A DNA stretch of 64,000 nucleotides. Origin: a virus (lineage: Duplodnaviria; Caudoviricetes). Below the pieces are notes generated by a model. The model did no database searches. It was not told the DNA's origin and was given only the letters and a program-made list of their open reading frames with translations. Every line of letters begins with the position of its first letter. The first letter of the stretch is position 1. The DNA lies in IMG/VR virus record IMGVR_UViG_3300033073_001635, positions 49,341-113,340 of that record, one strand, 5' to 3'. Shown one piece after another: positions 1-12,300 of this stretch. The translations under genes and the position numbers were made by a program.

Positions 1-744
1 GCCAAAAGAATCAGTTTCATTATTTTGTTTTAAATCTTTTAAATATAAGAATTTGTTTTTGCTTCTATAATGAGTCTTTAATCCAATGTAAATTTTTTCT
101 TCAATTGGATTCATGAATTGATCATAACCTCTAAGAGTAACTGATATTTCTCCATTATAGTTAGATACAGGATTATTTTCGGAATAATAAAAAATTCTTT
201 TATCAGTATCGTATTCTTTATGAACAGTTACATAAATGTATTCGCCATCATAATTAAAGAAATAATTTAAACTTCTATGTTTGTCAGTAGTACTTAATAT
301 TAAAGAATTATTTTCATCAGTAATAAAAGTTTCAGATAATTTTACTCTAGTAGGAGGCATACTAAATAATAAATCAAAAGTATCAGAATTATAACATTGA
401 ATAATGTCATTTCCAATTTTCGCAGAAATTGAATTTATTTTAATTTTTTGCCTTGTTCTATTTACATTTAAACTATCCAAAAACAATCTAAAATGATTGT
501 CTTTTATAGAATTTAAAATAGAATCAGAATTTAATCTAATCATAAAAAATAAATCAGGTAATGTTACTGGATTGTTTAACAATACTTCTTTTTCTTTTTT
601 TGATTTTAATAAAAAATTTATAGGTTCATGCATTTTTGAACCAACTAAATCAAATATTTTTGCACCAACAGAATTGTCATCATTTCTGATTCTAGAATAA
701 TCAGGAAATCTGTTTCTATAAAATTGTCCAAAATAGCTTTTCAT
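1..744 (-). CDS. Partial ORF (runs off window), probable baseplate/tail structural protein
   Basis: Read manually: ATG at 742-744, frame open to position 1 (MKSYFGQFYRNRFPDYSRIRNDDNSVG...). Lies directly downstream of baseplate J and is absent from the ORF track because it has no stop in the window. Confidence 0.6.
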   Translation of the reverse strand, partial: MKSYFGQFYRNRFPDYSRIRNDDNSVGAKIFDLVGSKMHEPINFLLKSKKEKEVLLNNPVTLPDLFFMIRLNSDSILNSIKDNHFRLFLDSLNVNRTRQKIKINSISAKIGNDIIQCYNSDTFDLLFSMPPTRVKLSETFITDENNSLILSTTDKHRSLNYFFNYDGEYIYVTVHKEYDTDKRIFYYSENNPVSNYNGEISVTLRGYDQFMNPIEEKIYIGLKTHYRSKNKFLYLKDLKQNNETDSFG

Positions 745-748
745 TAAA

Positions 749-1990
749 TTAATCCTTTAGTTTAAATTCAAAAGTTATTTTTGCAATGTCTATCATTTCA
801 TCGTCTTGTAAAAAGATATCTTCGTTAATATTTATTAAAGAATATTCTTCTATGATATTATTGTTTGAAACTTTAGATGCTTGAATAGAGACATTATAAT
901 CTTTTGAAACAATCATGGATCTGGTTAAAAAAGAATTTATTGAATTGATTAATGAATTATGGAATTCTGATAAGAAGTAACTATTTTCTCCAATTCTTTC
1001 ATTAAAAAAATTTAAAACGTTTTGTTCAGCAGTACTTCGTATTCTATTTTTTATTTCATCAGTATAGTCTATTCTTGGTAAACTTAATGTAATTCTAATA
1101 TTTAAATTCAATCTTCTAGGCTCTATTGCAATAAAACGAAAATTACTTGAATCTTTTGTATCTATAATTCCTTGAACTTTTCTAACTAATTCAGCATTTG
1201 ATTGCTTTGCTTGTCCAAAACAAACTACAGCAGCAGTCCCAACTCCAAAATAAGAATTTATTATTTTAATATTAATAATACCTGGTACATTTAAGCTACT
1301 AAACAAAATGTTATTGTAATTTGTTGATTTTAAAGAATTCAAATGATTCATAATTCTAAATCTAAAATTATCATCAGATTCTGCATCTGAACCATTTAAA
1401 ATAGGATAAGTATTATTTACTAAAAGAGTATTGTTTTCCGAATCTGAGTAATTTAAAAAATCATGATAATTTAAACCTTTATTTAAATTATAACTTTTAC
1501 CAGAATTAATTGCTGTGGCTGATGCATAACCAGTTATAGAATTAGAAGCTAAAACTACATCTTCTGATATTGCATACCTAATGCCACCTATTGAATTTGT
1601 ACTTCCTGTAGTTGAAAGAATAGTGCCAGCAGGAATCAAAATAGAATTACCATTATTTATATCACCAAAACTAGTTTTACCTCTAGCTACTGTAAAATAT
1701 ATATTAAAGTCACTTGCTCTAACATTAGCTTTTCTTGCAGGATATCTAGTTAAACCATACATAGAATAAGCTAAACTATCAAGTGCTTCTCCTTTAGCAT
1801 TTAAAGGAGACATTGAATCCAAAACACTATTTAGCTGATTGATATAGTTACCTGACTCCTGACTAAAAACTTCAGATATAATATTAATTAATGAGTCATT
1901 AGTATAACTGCTATTGGAACCAAAAGATTCCATAATTCTAGTTCTTAAGCTAGAAGAATATCTAGCAACATCAACATTTTGTATTCTCAT
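749..1990 (-). CDS. Baseplate J-like wedge protein
   Basis: AKGEALDSLA..YGLTR, IPAGTIL, GSDAESDDNFRFRI and NVPGI motifs typical of baseplate J/gp47; follows a gp25-like gene. Confidence 0.85.
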   Translation of the reverse strand: MRIQNVDVARYSSSLRTRIMESFGSNSSYTNDSLINIISEVFSQESGNYINQLNSVLDSMSPLNAKGEALDSLAYSMYGLTRYPARKANVRASDFNIYFTVARGKTSFGDINNGNSILIPAGTILSTTGSTNSIGGIRYAISEDVVLASNSITGYASATAINSGKSYNLNKGLNYHDFLNYSDSENNTLLVNNTYPILNGSDAESDDNFRFRIMNHLNSLKSTNYNNILFSSLNVPGIINIKIINSYFGVGTAAVVCFGQAKQSNAELVRKVQGIIDTKDSSNFRFIAIEPRRLNLNIRITLSLPRIDYTDEIKNRIRSTAEQNVLNFFNERIGENSYFLSEFHNSLINSINSFLTRSMIVSKDYNVSIQASKVSNNNIIEEYSLININEDIFLQDDEMIDIAKITFEFKLKD

Positions 1991-1991
1991 T

Positions 1992-2429
1992 CTATCGACC
2001 TAATCTTCTTAAAATTCTAGGAGTAACATGATTGTTTTTTGTATCATAAACTATATTTAAATAAATAGGTAAATTTTTACTTTGTTCTATAGAGATTAAT
2101 AAATAAACTTCTGTTTCTAGTATTTCTTGATTTAAAAATTTCAAATTAGTTGAATCTATCAATCCATCATAAGTTAAGACATTATAAATGTTATACTTTA
2201 ATGTACTTAATAATTCTTGATTTATATTTTTTCCCAAATAATCTAAAAGATCTGCATTTAAAATATTATCTCTACTAGGTACTACATAATCAGAATATGT
2301 CGTTTGTAATCTTTTAATAATAGTTTGTTTTAATCTACTTAAATTAACATCGTCATTTGTTTTTGAAATATTTCTATTTTGATCTAAATAGAAATCACAA
2401 TCTTCAGTATATATTAAATCTCTAATCAT
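1992..2429 (-). CDS. gp25/GPW-like baseplate wedge (sheath initiator)
   Basis: 145 aa; DL..DFYLD, LKQTIIKRLQT and ADLLDYLGK pattern; sits immediately before baseplate J. Confidence 0.65.
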   Translation of the reverse strand: MIRDLIYTEDCDFYLDQNRNISKTNDDVNLSRLKQTIIKRLQTTYSDYVVPSRDNILNADLLDYLGKNINQELLSTLKYNIYNVLTYDGLIDSTNLKFLNQEILETEVYLLISIEQSKNLPIYLNIVYDTKNNHVTPRILRRLGR

Positions 2430-2797
2430 AATATAACTCCTAAAGAACCTAAAGCAGTACCAACTTGCACACCTTTTTTTAGCATATCTAAACTAAAAAA
2501 TGCGCTAGGTGCTTGAGTTACTCCTGGTAGCATTCTATTAAATATAATTGGGTTTTCATAATGTAAGGGTCCTTTAATAGAATAGGTACCTAAAGTAATT
2601 GATTGTCCCGATGAAGGCTGCATATAGATGCCATTGTCAGACACTTCAATTAAATTTGTTTTATTCTGACTACCTGCAGTAAGTACAATATTATTCATTT
2701 CACATACTAAAGCAGCAGTACAAAATGAATTAAATTGAGCTTTTATTATTTTGTTTTGTGGCCCTACAAATACATTGCTCATATTAAAGGTCTCCAA
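2426..2797 (-). CDS. Putative baseplate spike-associated protein
   Basis: Short beta-strand-like segments (NLIEVSDNGIYMQ); position between hub and gp25-like gene. Confidence 0.35.
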   Translation of the reverse strand: METFNMSNVFVGPQNKIIKAQFNSFCTAALVCEMNNIVLTAGSQNKTNLIEVSDNGIYMQPSSGQSITLGTYSIKGPLHYENPIIFNRMLPGVTQAPSAFFSLDMLKKGVQVGTALGSLGVIL

Positions 2798-3300
2798 TTG
2801 AAGCCAATATTTTCACTAGCTTCTTGATTGTAAAACATTCTATCTTCTTTTCTAGATGAATGTCCAAACATATTCCCATAACTAATAGGAACATTTCTAT
2901 CTTCGTTTTCATAATAAGTTGTTTCATATGGTGGGTCAAAATTAATTACACCACCTTTAATAGAAAACTCATCATAACCATTACATTCAATAACAATTCT
3001 TCTTCCAATAATATTAAAATCAGATCCATACTGTTGTCTGATTTGATCATAGCTTAAACTTTTAACTTGTATAGAAATTATTCTTTGTAGTTTTTCTACA
3101 CCACAAATTACAAAAAAACCACCTTGATCAAACTTTTCATTTGGTAAAAACCTGCTAGATGTCTTATTTCCACTAATGATATCAATAATTAAAGCATGTA
3201 CAAAAACTTTCATATCCTTATTAAAGGAAGCTTTGAATATTTCTGAATGATTAACTGCTTTATTAAAATTAGATCTAATGCCTTTGATTTTCTGACTCAT
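2779..3300 (-). CDS. Hypothetical baseplate-region protein
   Basis: 173-aa ORF in the tightly packed operon. Confidence 0.5.
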   Translation of the reverse strand: MSQKIKGIRSNFNKAVNHSEIFKASFNKDMKVFVHALIIDIISGNKTSSRFLPNEKFDQGGFFVICGVEKLQRIISIQVKSLSYDQIRQQYGSDFNIIGRRIVIECNGYDEFSIKGGVINFDPPYETTYYENEDRNVPISYGNMFGHSSRKEDRMFYNQEASENIGFNWRPLI

Positions 3301-3307
3301 AAAAAAC

Positions 3308-6300
3308 CTACTTTAATGATTTATTTATCAATTGATCTGGAGTGTAAGAATTCATATATCCTCTAAGTGTACCCTTTGGTAATTTAAATGGCAAAAGTGT
3401 TTGCCCTGCATCACTTAAAGTACCTATTGCTTCGGAAACAAAATTAGGTTCAGAATAAATGATATTTTCTTTGTTAGCATATTCTTTCAACATAATATTA
3501 AATGTTTCCATTGCATCTGAAAAATCAGTAAATATATTTCCAAACTTGTTTTTAATTCTTCGCTTTGTATTGATCTTATCATAACCAGCGTAAATTAATG
3601 GTTTATTGTTTTTATATAAAGGAAATATTTGCATAAGATTTCCATCTGCAACTTGAGAAACTAGCATATCTCCTGGAATTAATTTATTTGCTAAAAGACT
3701 ATCTGGAGAACGAAGTTGATTAGCTACTACGTTATTAAAATTTGCACTAGCTAAAGCTAAAGCAGAAAAGAATGCAATAGGTAATTTAGTAGTTCTAAAT
3801 TTAATAGTAGTGGCTAAAGCAATTGCAGCAGCACTACTTAAAAGACCAGTTATAGCACTTGTATCAATTAAAGAATCGATTGACGCATTTGGGTTGAGTA
3901 TTTCAGCTTGTAATATAATATTATTAGTTTGAATTTGCTTTAACAAGTCTTCTACAATTGATTCTTTAATTTTTTGTTGTGCTTCAGGTTTCATTTTTAA
4001 TAAATCTGAATATCCAACTTGAATAGTATTAGGAAAAAGACCAAACATTTCAAACGCACCTACTTCTTTTTCAAACCATTTATCAACTAATTCCTTTAAT
4101 CTTTTCTTAATTTGATCCTTACTACTTTGATCTTGATTTTTTCTGTACTTTTTTACAACTTCAACAAAATCAAAAGGTGATTTTTCTGCTAATTCTCGAC
4201 CAACATCATACATAACTACACTATTAATAATAGGATATGTTAAACCTTCATTTGCAGTAACTAAAGCATTTGGTTTGATTTCAGTAATGAATCCAGTATC
4301 CATACTAAAAATATGAGTCACAGCTTCTACTTCAATTGGTCCGTACATTTCAGTATACTGATCATCTAATAAAATAACATCATAAGGATTTATTTCAGGA
4401 TTCCCTAGTATAATAATTTCACCAGCATACATTTCCTTTGCAGCATTTAATAATTCAGAAGTACCATATCTAAGTGCACTGTTAAAGCCCTTGCAATTAT
4501 CATACTTAACAGCTTTTGCATGTATTTGATCTTCAGGTATATTTTCATGTGATCTAATAATTCTTTGTGTATATTCGGGATTCTCTGTGCTAGAATTGTT
4601 AACAAATAAAACAGCTATTTCATTAATCACATCATTATTAACACCTTTGATATTGTTTGCTACTAAATTAAATTTACTAGATACTAAATGATAATTTCTA
4701 AAAGGTATAAACCTCTTTTCAGTAATTCTATTCCATTCGTTTAAAAGTATACTTTTATAAATTTTTATTTTAGGAGCATTAATATTCTCACCTTGTGCTT
4801 TTAGAGATTGGCCAACGTTAGTTATGTCTAAATAATCATCGACAAGATTAGCTGTTTCTCCAACTAATCTACGCATACTTGCTAAATCATTATTAGATAT
4901 TGCTCTAATAATATCATTCATTCTATAAATTGTTCTGTTATTCAATGGTGTACCAAAGTATCTTTGGTTTGGTAAACCAAAAAACATTCTATATTCTAAA
5001 CCATTTCCATATTGTCTAGCACCATAAACCCATCCAGGGTGTCTTAAAGACATCTCATGAAAAACTTCCCAAATAGTATGGTTCTTTAATTTGAATATAT
5101 TTTCTCCAATACTAGCATACATTCTTTTATCCATAGCTAATGTTCGACCTAGTATTATATCTTTTTGAAGTTTTTCAGCAGTAGCTTCAGTACTATACAT
5201 AGAAAATGCATTTAAAAAAGCAATACCGGTTTTTTTAATTAAATCTTTAGATCTAACACTCATTACTTCATTAATAGGTTTTATATATCTATCTGGATGA
5301 GGTGCATAGATTGCATCATCTTGAGGGGATAAAGCAATCTTTTCAGAATAAGGATTTAAAGTATTATTTAATAAATCTACAAGATAATTAGTACTTGCAG
5401 AAACAACACTAGATATTATATCTATACTAGCTCCAATACCTAATGCAAGTAATGAAAATTTTGCTGATTTAACTACGCCTAAACTAACTGCTTCTAATGC
5501 TGAACGTCCTGCATATAAAAGATTAAAATTAGTAGACATTTCTTTTACTAATGCATTTGCTACTTTTTGATTCAATATACCTTGTTGAGTAGCTTTTTGA
5601 ATTCCTGATAGTAAAGCTTTAGGACTTACAGTTAATAAACGTTCTAAATTAGTTCCTGATCTTGCAATATTAAACCCAAAACTTTTTGCAACGCCAGTAA
5701 GGATAGCTCCCCTGCCTCCTGCAGCTGTAGCTTCTAAAGTAGCTCTAACACTAGCTTCAATTGCATCATCTGCTAAAGTTGCAGTTCCAGCTGCAATATC
5801 TTTTAATACAGAGTTTACAATTAAAGTATTTTTAGCTGGATTCCAACCAGAACCAAAAGCCCATCTAAAAGGTGCTAATAATCCCTTAGAATACCATTTA
5901 GTACCAGTTAAAACATTATCTACAATATTCATTGATGAGGCTAAATACTGTGCGGTTTTGCTTATAAAGCTACCTTTAGCCGTACTTTTAGCTGCTGCTT
6001 TTGTAGCTTCAGTTACTGTTGCTTCCGCAGCTTCTTTGGCACCTGCTTCTGCCGCTTCTTTAGCAGCACTTTTTGCTACAGCTTCAGCACCTTCAACTAC
6101 AGCTTCTTTTACAAGACCTTTTGCACCACCAATAAATACAGTACCTACAGAAAATAAAACATCAGCAAGTACAAACCATCCCCAATTTGATTGAAAGAAT
6201 TGGAACATACTATCACTGTAACCAGGAGGAGTTCCAAGATAGCTTTCTTTTGAAACAGCAATTTCTTTAGATTCAGAATTGTTAATACCAGTTTGAAATA

Positions 6301-9300
6301 ATCTTTCTTTTTTAAAGCGACCAAAATGTTTTAATTCGTTTCTAAACATACACCAACCGAGTAATTTGTGAGTAGTATGAAATTCTAATTCGCTTACACC
6401 AGAATCAGCATCTGAAGAACCATATTTCCTAACTTCTAATTCTACACCAAAAGATTGAATTACAACTTCACACATATCACCACTAGAAGACCAAGAAACA
6501 TCGGCAATTTTCCCTGATAAAAGAATAGTTAATTCTTTTGGATTAGATGAATAACCTGCTCTTAATTGACAAGAAACACCTGGTCTTAAAACTAAAGATT
6601 CTATTACTTGAGTATTACTTTGTTCAGCTTTCTTTTCTGCTTCAACTTCTTTAATTCGATTTGTAGCCATTTCATAATCAACATCTCTAATTACTCCAAG
6701 TTTAGTTCCATCAAGCACACCTGAAATATTTTGCAATTTAATAATTGCAGTATCTGCTGCTAATTTTTTAGATTTATAAACTGTAAAATCTTTTACTGCA
6801 CTAAATGAGTAAAAATCATCAAATACAAAATAAGTATCAGATTCGATTGCATCTTCTTCGATTAAAAATAATCTAAAAGTAGGATACGCTTTTTGCATTT
6901 TAAATTGTTTTTCAAATAATTTTCTACCAGATTGTTTCATTACTTCAGATATATCTTGTTTTTTATTGCTCAAATCTGCATCGTCAAAAATACCTAATTT
7001 ACCAGCAATAGCATTATCTGTGTCTGAATTTCCAAAAAATAAAGAATCACTTTTTTCATTATATTTTTTATAAAAATTTAATAGCTCTAATGGTTCATTT
7101 AAAAACCCAGTTCTAGAACCAAAAGCAACATCAATTGCATTCGTTTTATCTTCTATTTCTTTCAATTTATTATTTAATGTAGTTAATTTTTGTGCAGATT
7201 CAGAATTCTCTATTAAATTTTTTATATCTATAAAAGCAATATCATTTGCAGTTAAATTAACATTTGAATCTCGTTCAAATGTAATTTTAACGGATGCATT
7301 TGGATTTAAGATTAATTCTCTAAAACTATCTCCTGAACCACCTTTTATTATATATGAACTAGAAGAAGAATCTTGAGTGTCTATTAGAATATCTTTTATA
7401 TAATTATCCGATGCATTACCTTTTGTAATATTTTTCCCATCTTCAGTAACAAATCCTTTTTCTAAATCATTCATAAATTTTAAAGATTTTTTTAGAATAT
7501 TATTTGCACGTGCATCTATATCAGATAAAAGTTTATCATTAAAATCAGATTCGTAATAGAAAAATCCAGGATTTAAATTTACGTTTGAGTTGATTTCCGC
7601 AGGATCCATTGGCAAGTCTATATCGGGATAATTATTTCTATCTCCTCCAAAATCAAATAGATCCGATGTATTTTCATTCTCAGATATATTCAAATTTGCT
7701 TTAAATAATTCACTTGACAATAGCTCTTTAATTACTTCTTCTAATAGTAATTTTAAGAAAGCTATGGTTTTATCATTATGAGTTTTATATTCTTCAACTA
7801 TTTCTTTCTTCAAGAGAGAAGGAATATTAAAGAATAAATCTTTTAAATTTAAATATTTTAAATCTTCATTTTCCTTTGAAAAATCATAATCTTTTTCATT
7901 ATAATCTTGTTTGTCAAATAAAGATTCGATTTTATCTTCAAATTGAAAAGATTCTGAAATAGAAAATGAAGATTCATTTGTTTTATTTAAATAGTCGTCA
8001 AAATTATTTAAAAATTCTTCTTTTAAATAAGGTATTTTGTTATATAACTCATGCATTGAATCTTTTTCATTTATAGATATTGCAATATAGTTGTCAGTCA
8101 AAGTTAATTTTTCTTTAAAAGTTTTAATTACATTTTTCTTGTTTTCTTCAAACTTTGGTTCTTTTGGCAAATCATTACTAATAAAACTTAATTGAGAATA
8201 AAGAGTAGGCCAATCTGTATTAGAAAATTTTCCAGAAATAATTTCTCCAGAAGGATAAGCAATTTCTAATTCAGTGTTTTTATATGATTCTTTAGCTTGC
8301 TTAAAAATTTCATCTATAGTTAATGAAGAGTCAATTTTATTATAATCACTTTTTGCTTGTTCTAAATTCTTTTTAATATCTTCAATATTTATTATATAAG
8401 TTTCAACTTGTGTATTTAATGGCTCTAAAGTTTTATTAAAGTTTTCTGTTTTAATATTATATAGAGGTCCTCCTTTAACATTTTTTATAAAATCATTCTT
8501 CATTTGTTTTATTTGATTTTTTAAATTTGTTAAGTTTTCATTAGCCAACGCTAAATCATCTTCATACTTCTTTTTCTTATCTTGTAATTCATTTTTTCTT
8601 TTTTTATAATCTTCTTCAGTAATTAACCCTAAATTATCTGTATGAGAAAAAATTTCATTTGCTTCTTCTGTTTTTGATGAAAAATAGTCAAATGAAACTT
8701 CTTTATTTTCTGCGTCAAAATAAATATCATGGTTTTCTTTAAAAAATGGGGTTCCTTTTAAAAAAGGAAAACCTAAAATATATTTTAACCAATCTTCTGC
8801 AAATTTAACTTGAATAACATCATTATTTACTAAACCATTCTTTTCTTTAATTTCTCCTTCTTCAAAATAAGATTGATTAATAATATTGCTCAATGAAAAA
8901 CTTAAGCCTTGATTCATTTCTTTAAAAAAAATACTAGTCTTATAATACTTTAGAATTATAGGATTGTTAATTAAATATTGTTTCACTATATCTTTTGAAA
9001 AATCCCAAACCTCTTCTCCATTGTTTATTCTTTCTAAAAAGTCATTTAAACCAAAAGATAAAGATTCTTCATAATCTATTTGATTATATATTTGAGATAG
9101 AATAGATAGACCTGAGTTTTTATCAAAAGAAACTTTATTAATTCCAGATTGATCCAGAATGATTTGTTTTAAAACTACTATATTGATCCAATTACCTATA
9201 TTGCCGTAATCTTCTCCATAAAAAACTCTTTTATTTTTAATTGATTCATTTTTAAGCCCTGCCAAAAGAGGAACAGGTAGAACAGCTAGAGTAGCTAGTA

Positions 9301-12300
9301 CTAAAGCCATTGTTGTTATAACTGGCATTGTTGAAACGAATAAAACTGTACCCAAAGCACCAAGCACAGCACTGCCAAATATAGAGTTATCTATAATTCT
9401 AGTAAGGCTTGCTTGATTTACTGTTTTCAATAACTTAGCTGTAAAACTTTTTGGATTATGATTTAAAAACAAATCTTTATTAGCAATATTTGGAGTTTGT
9501 TGTTTTAACTTCACATCCTCAACATCATCTTCGTAACTTTCTAAAGATAGACCAGTAATACTATAATATAAATTATTAAAATATAATGGCGTTACATTTA
9601 TTCCATAAAAATTAGAATTTATTCTTTGTAACTCTTTATTGATTTCAGTTTCGCTATCTAAATATACATATGGTTCTATTAACAAAACACTAGCTAGTAA
9701 ATGAAAATCACAAATCATTGAAAGTAATTTTTTTACTTTCAATTCTTCTTTTGCATTTGAAGTTTCTCTTTTAGTAAAAGTTGAAGCAGTTAATGGATCT
9801 AATATATAAATTTTATATTCTAAATCATATTCTGTTCTTTTAGATTCAACAACAGCATCTATTTTATTTTCTTTAAAATAACGTCTTAATACCTCCTCTG
9901 TAGCGGGGTCTCTTTCTTTATTTGTAATTTTATATTTTTCTACGAAGTCATTGTACTTTTCTGATTTTGATAAATCATCAATCGCTTCAACATCATAAAC
10001 ATAAACAGTTGATTCATTTGTTACATTAGAGCTCATTAATTTTTGCTTTATAGAATTTTCTAAATCAACAAATCTTTTTTCTTCATAATTTGTTCCAAAA
10101 AAAGAATCAACTGAATCTCTATTAAAAAGCTCATCTAGTTGTTTTAAAAATTTATCTTGTCTCAAGCTTTCATCATATAAATTGGCTTCTTTTGAAAAAT
10201 TAATTTTAGTATTTTGAATAAAATCTGAATCAACATCATTATCTAATTCGTCTACACCATTCTCATTTTCAACAGGATTTAAAGTAGTGTTAGTATCTGA
10301 TCCAATATTGATTTTATTAAATAAATTTTTAAATTGAGGATGTATTCCAGGATCAGATCCTCCGCCTAATAAAGTTATACTCTCAATAATGTTATTATCT
10401 AAGTAGTCTTTATTTAAATAATAATTTAAAAAATCAAAAGTGTGACCGGTATCTAAATTAGGATTATTTATAATTTCATATATTGTATTCTGTCCCTCAC
10501 TAGGATACTTATCTTTAAAAATATCAACTTTATTTGAACCAAAATTAATTCCATACTTACCATTTTTATCAGCAGACCAAAAATAAGAATTTTGATATTC
10601 AGGTGAATAATTCTCATCAGTTTTAAAAGAATTTATTTTTAAATTTCTTAAAGCAAAATATAATTCTTTTTCTTCTTCATTTAAATTAGAAAACTTTTTT
10701 TTATCAAACTCTTTTAATGCAGCTACTGTAGTATCGTTTTGGTCAGCATATTCTGTTAGTTTTGAATCATAACTTGATTGATCCAACATATTAGATCTTA
10801 AATCAATATGTACAAAACCGGTTTCAGATTTTTGACCACCCATTACTGTAGCGTATTCAAATTCTAAAGCAGGAGTGCTTCCTGGAAATCTAAAAGAATT
10901 TCTTTTTAAAATATCATTACCATATACTCCAATTCCAATTTTACTCTTATTATTTTCAGCAATTTGTTTAAGTCTACGAAAGATATGAATTACATTAAAA
11001 TTTGGCACTACAATATCTACTGCAGATCCAAAATAATGTTGAGAAAAAGTAGTTCTTGTATCTTCTTCTTGAGTTGTAAACCCACTAGTTATTTGAACAC
11101 CTTTAAATAATTCTTTAAACTGCTGCAAATAATCAACTAATGGATCTAGATATTCAGTTGCTAATTTATATAAATTAGTATTTACAACTTTTGAAATTCG
11201 TTTTTGACTAAGTAATGTTTTTAATTCTTCTTTTTTGTTAACATAACTTTTAAAAAAATCCCAAGATTTAAAATATTTACTTTGCCATTCAAAAACATTG
11301 TCATCAGTAAATTCTTGCACTATACCTTGTTTTAAATCAAAATTTCTAGAACTATAATTAGAATTATCACAATTCATTAAAGCATAATTAACAACATCGT
11401 TATATAAATTTTCGTTCTTTGCTGTTTTGTTAGTAGTTAATTCTTTTAATCTTTCTGAATCATATACATTGGTTTCACTTAAACGCATAGTATATGCAGA
11501 AGCTCCAGGATTAGATTCTAAAGTTCTATATTCAGTACTTTCAATACTGATTGGTTTCTTTACATTTATAAAGTAACTTTCCTTATCGTCTATGTTTTCT
11601 TTAATTAGATATTCTTCTTTAAAAGAACCAAATAGTCTTGTAATAAAAGAATCAACTAAGATGCCAGTACCATCTGGTACAAATTTATATTCTCTAGCAG
11701 TTCTAAGTGTTGTAGTATTTATTTCCTCTAAACGTTTTATTGCATTTGGAAGATCACTTGCAGAATCTTCCAAACCATTTGCATGCATGTTATTAGAAGC
11801 AATTAAATTTAATTGATAATTTGGCTCCATACTACTTAAAAATTGTGTAGTAGGATATGCTTGTCCTAATATTGGAATATTTGCTGTTAAAGAATTGATT
11901 CCACCAGAAACTGAAACTAAAACATTATCTTTTGTTTTAAAATCAGGTCCATCTTCAATAGTTAAAGGGAGTACTTTTGTCTTAGTAAATATATTACTTA
12001 CATAGTTTTTTTCCAACCATGGTTGATATGGCGATTCATTTGTTTCAGATCCATTTAAAAACGAATTCATTGTTTTGAATGTTTTTAAATCATCTTCTGT
12101 TAAATATTTTAGTGGCCATGCTTCTTCAACAACAGGCGTTGGTGTCTGAATTTCAGGTTTTGGTTCTGGTTTCGGTGGTTCAGGTGGAATTTCAGCGACA
12201 GGAGCTGGTTCTACTACTGGTGGAGGTACTGGTTCAGGTATTGGTTGAGGTGGAGGCGCAGGCAGTTCAGGAGTAGCATTTGCAGGTACAATCGCTTGAG

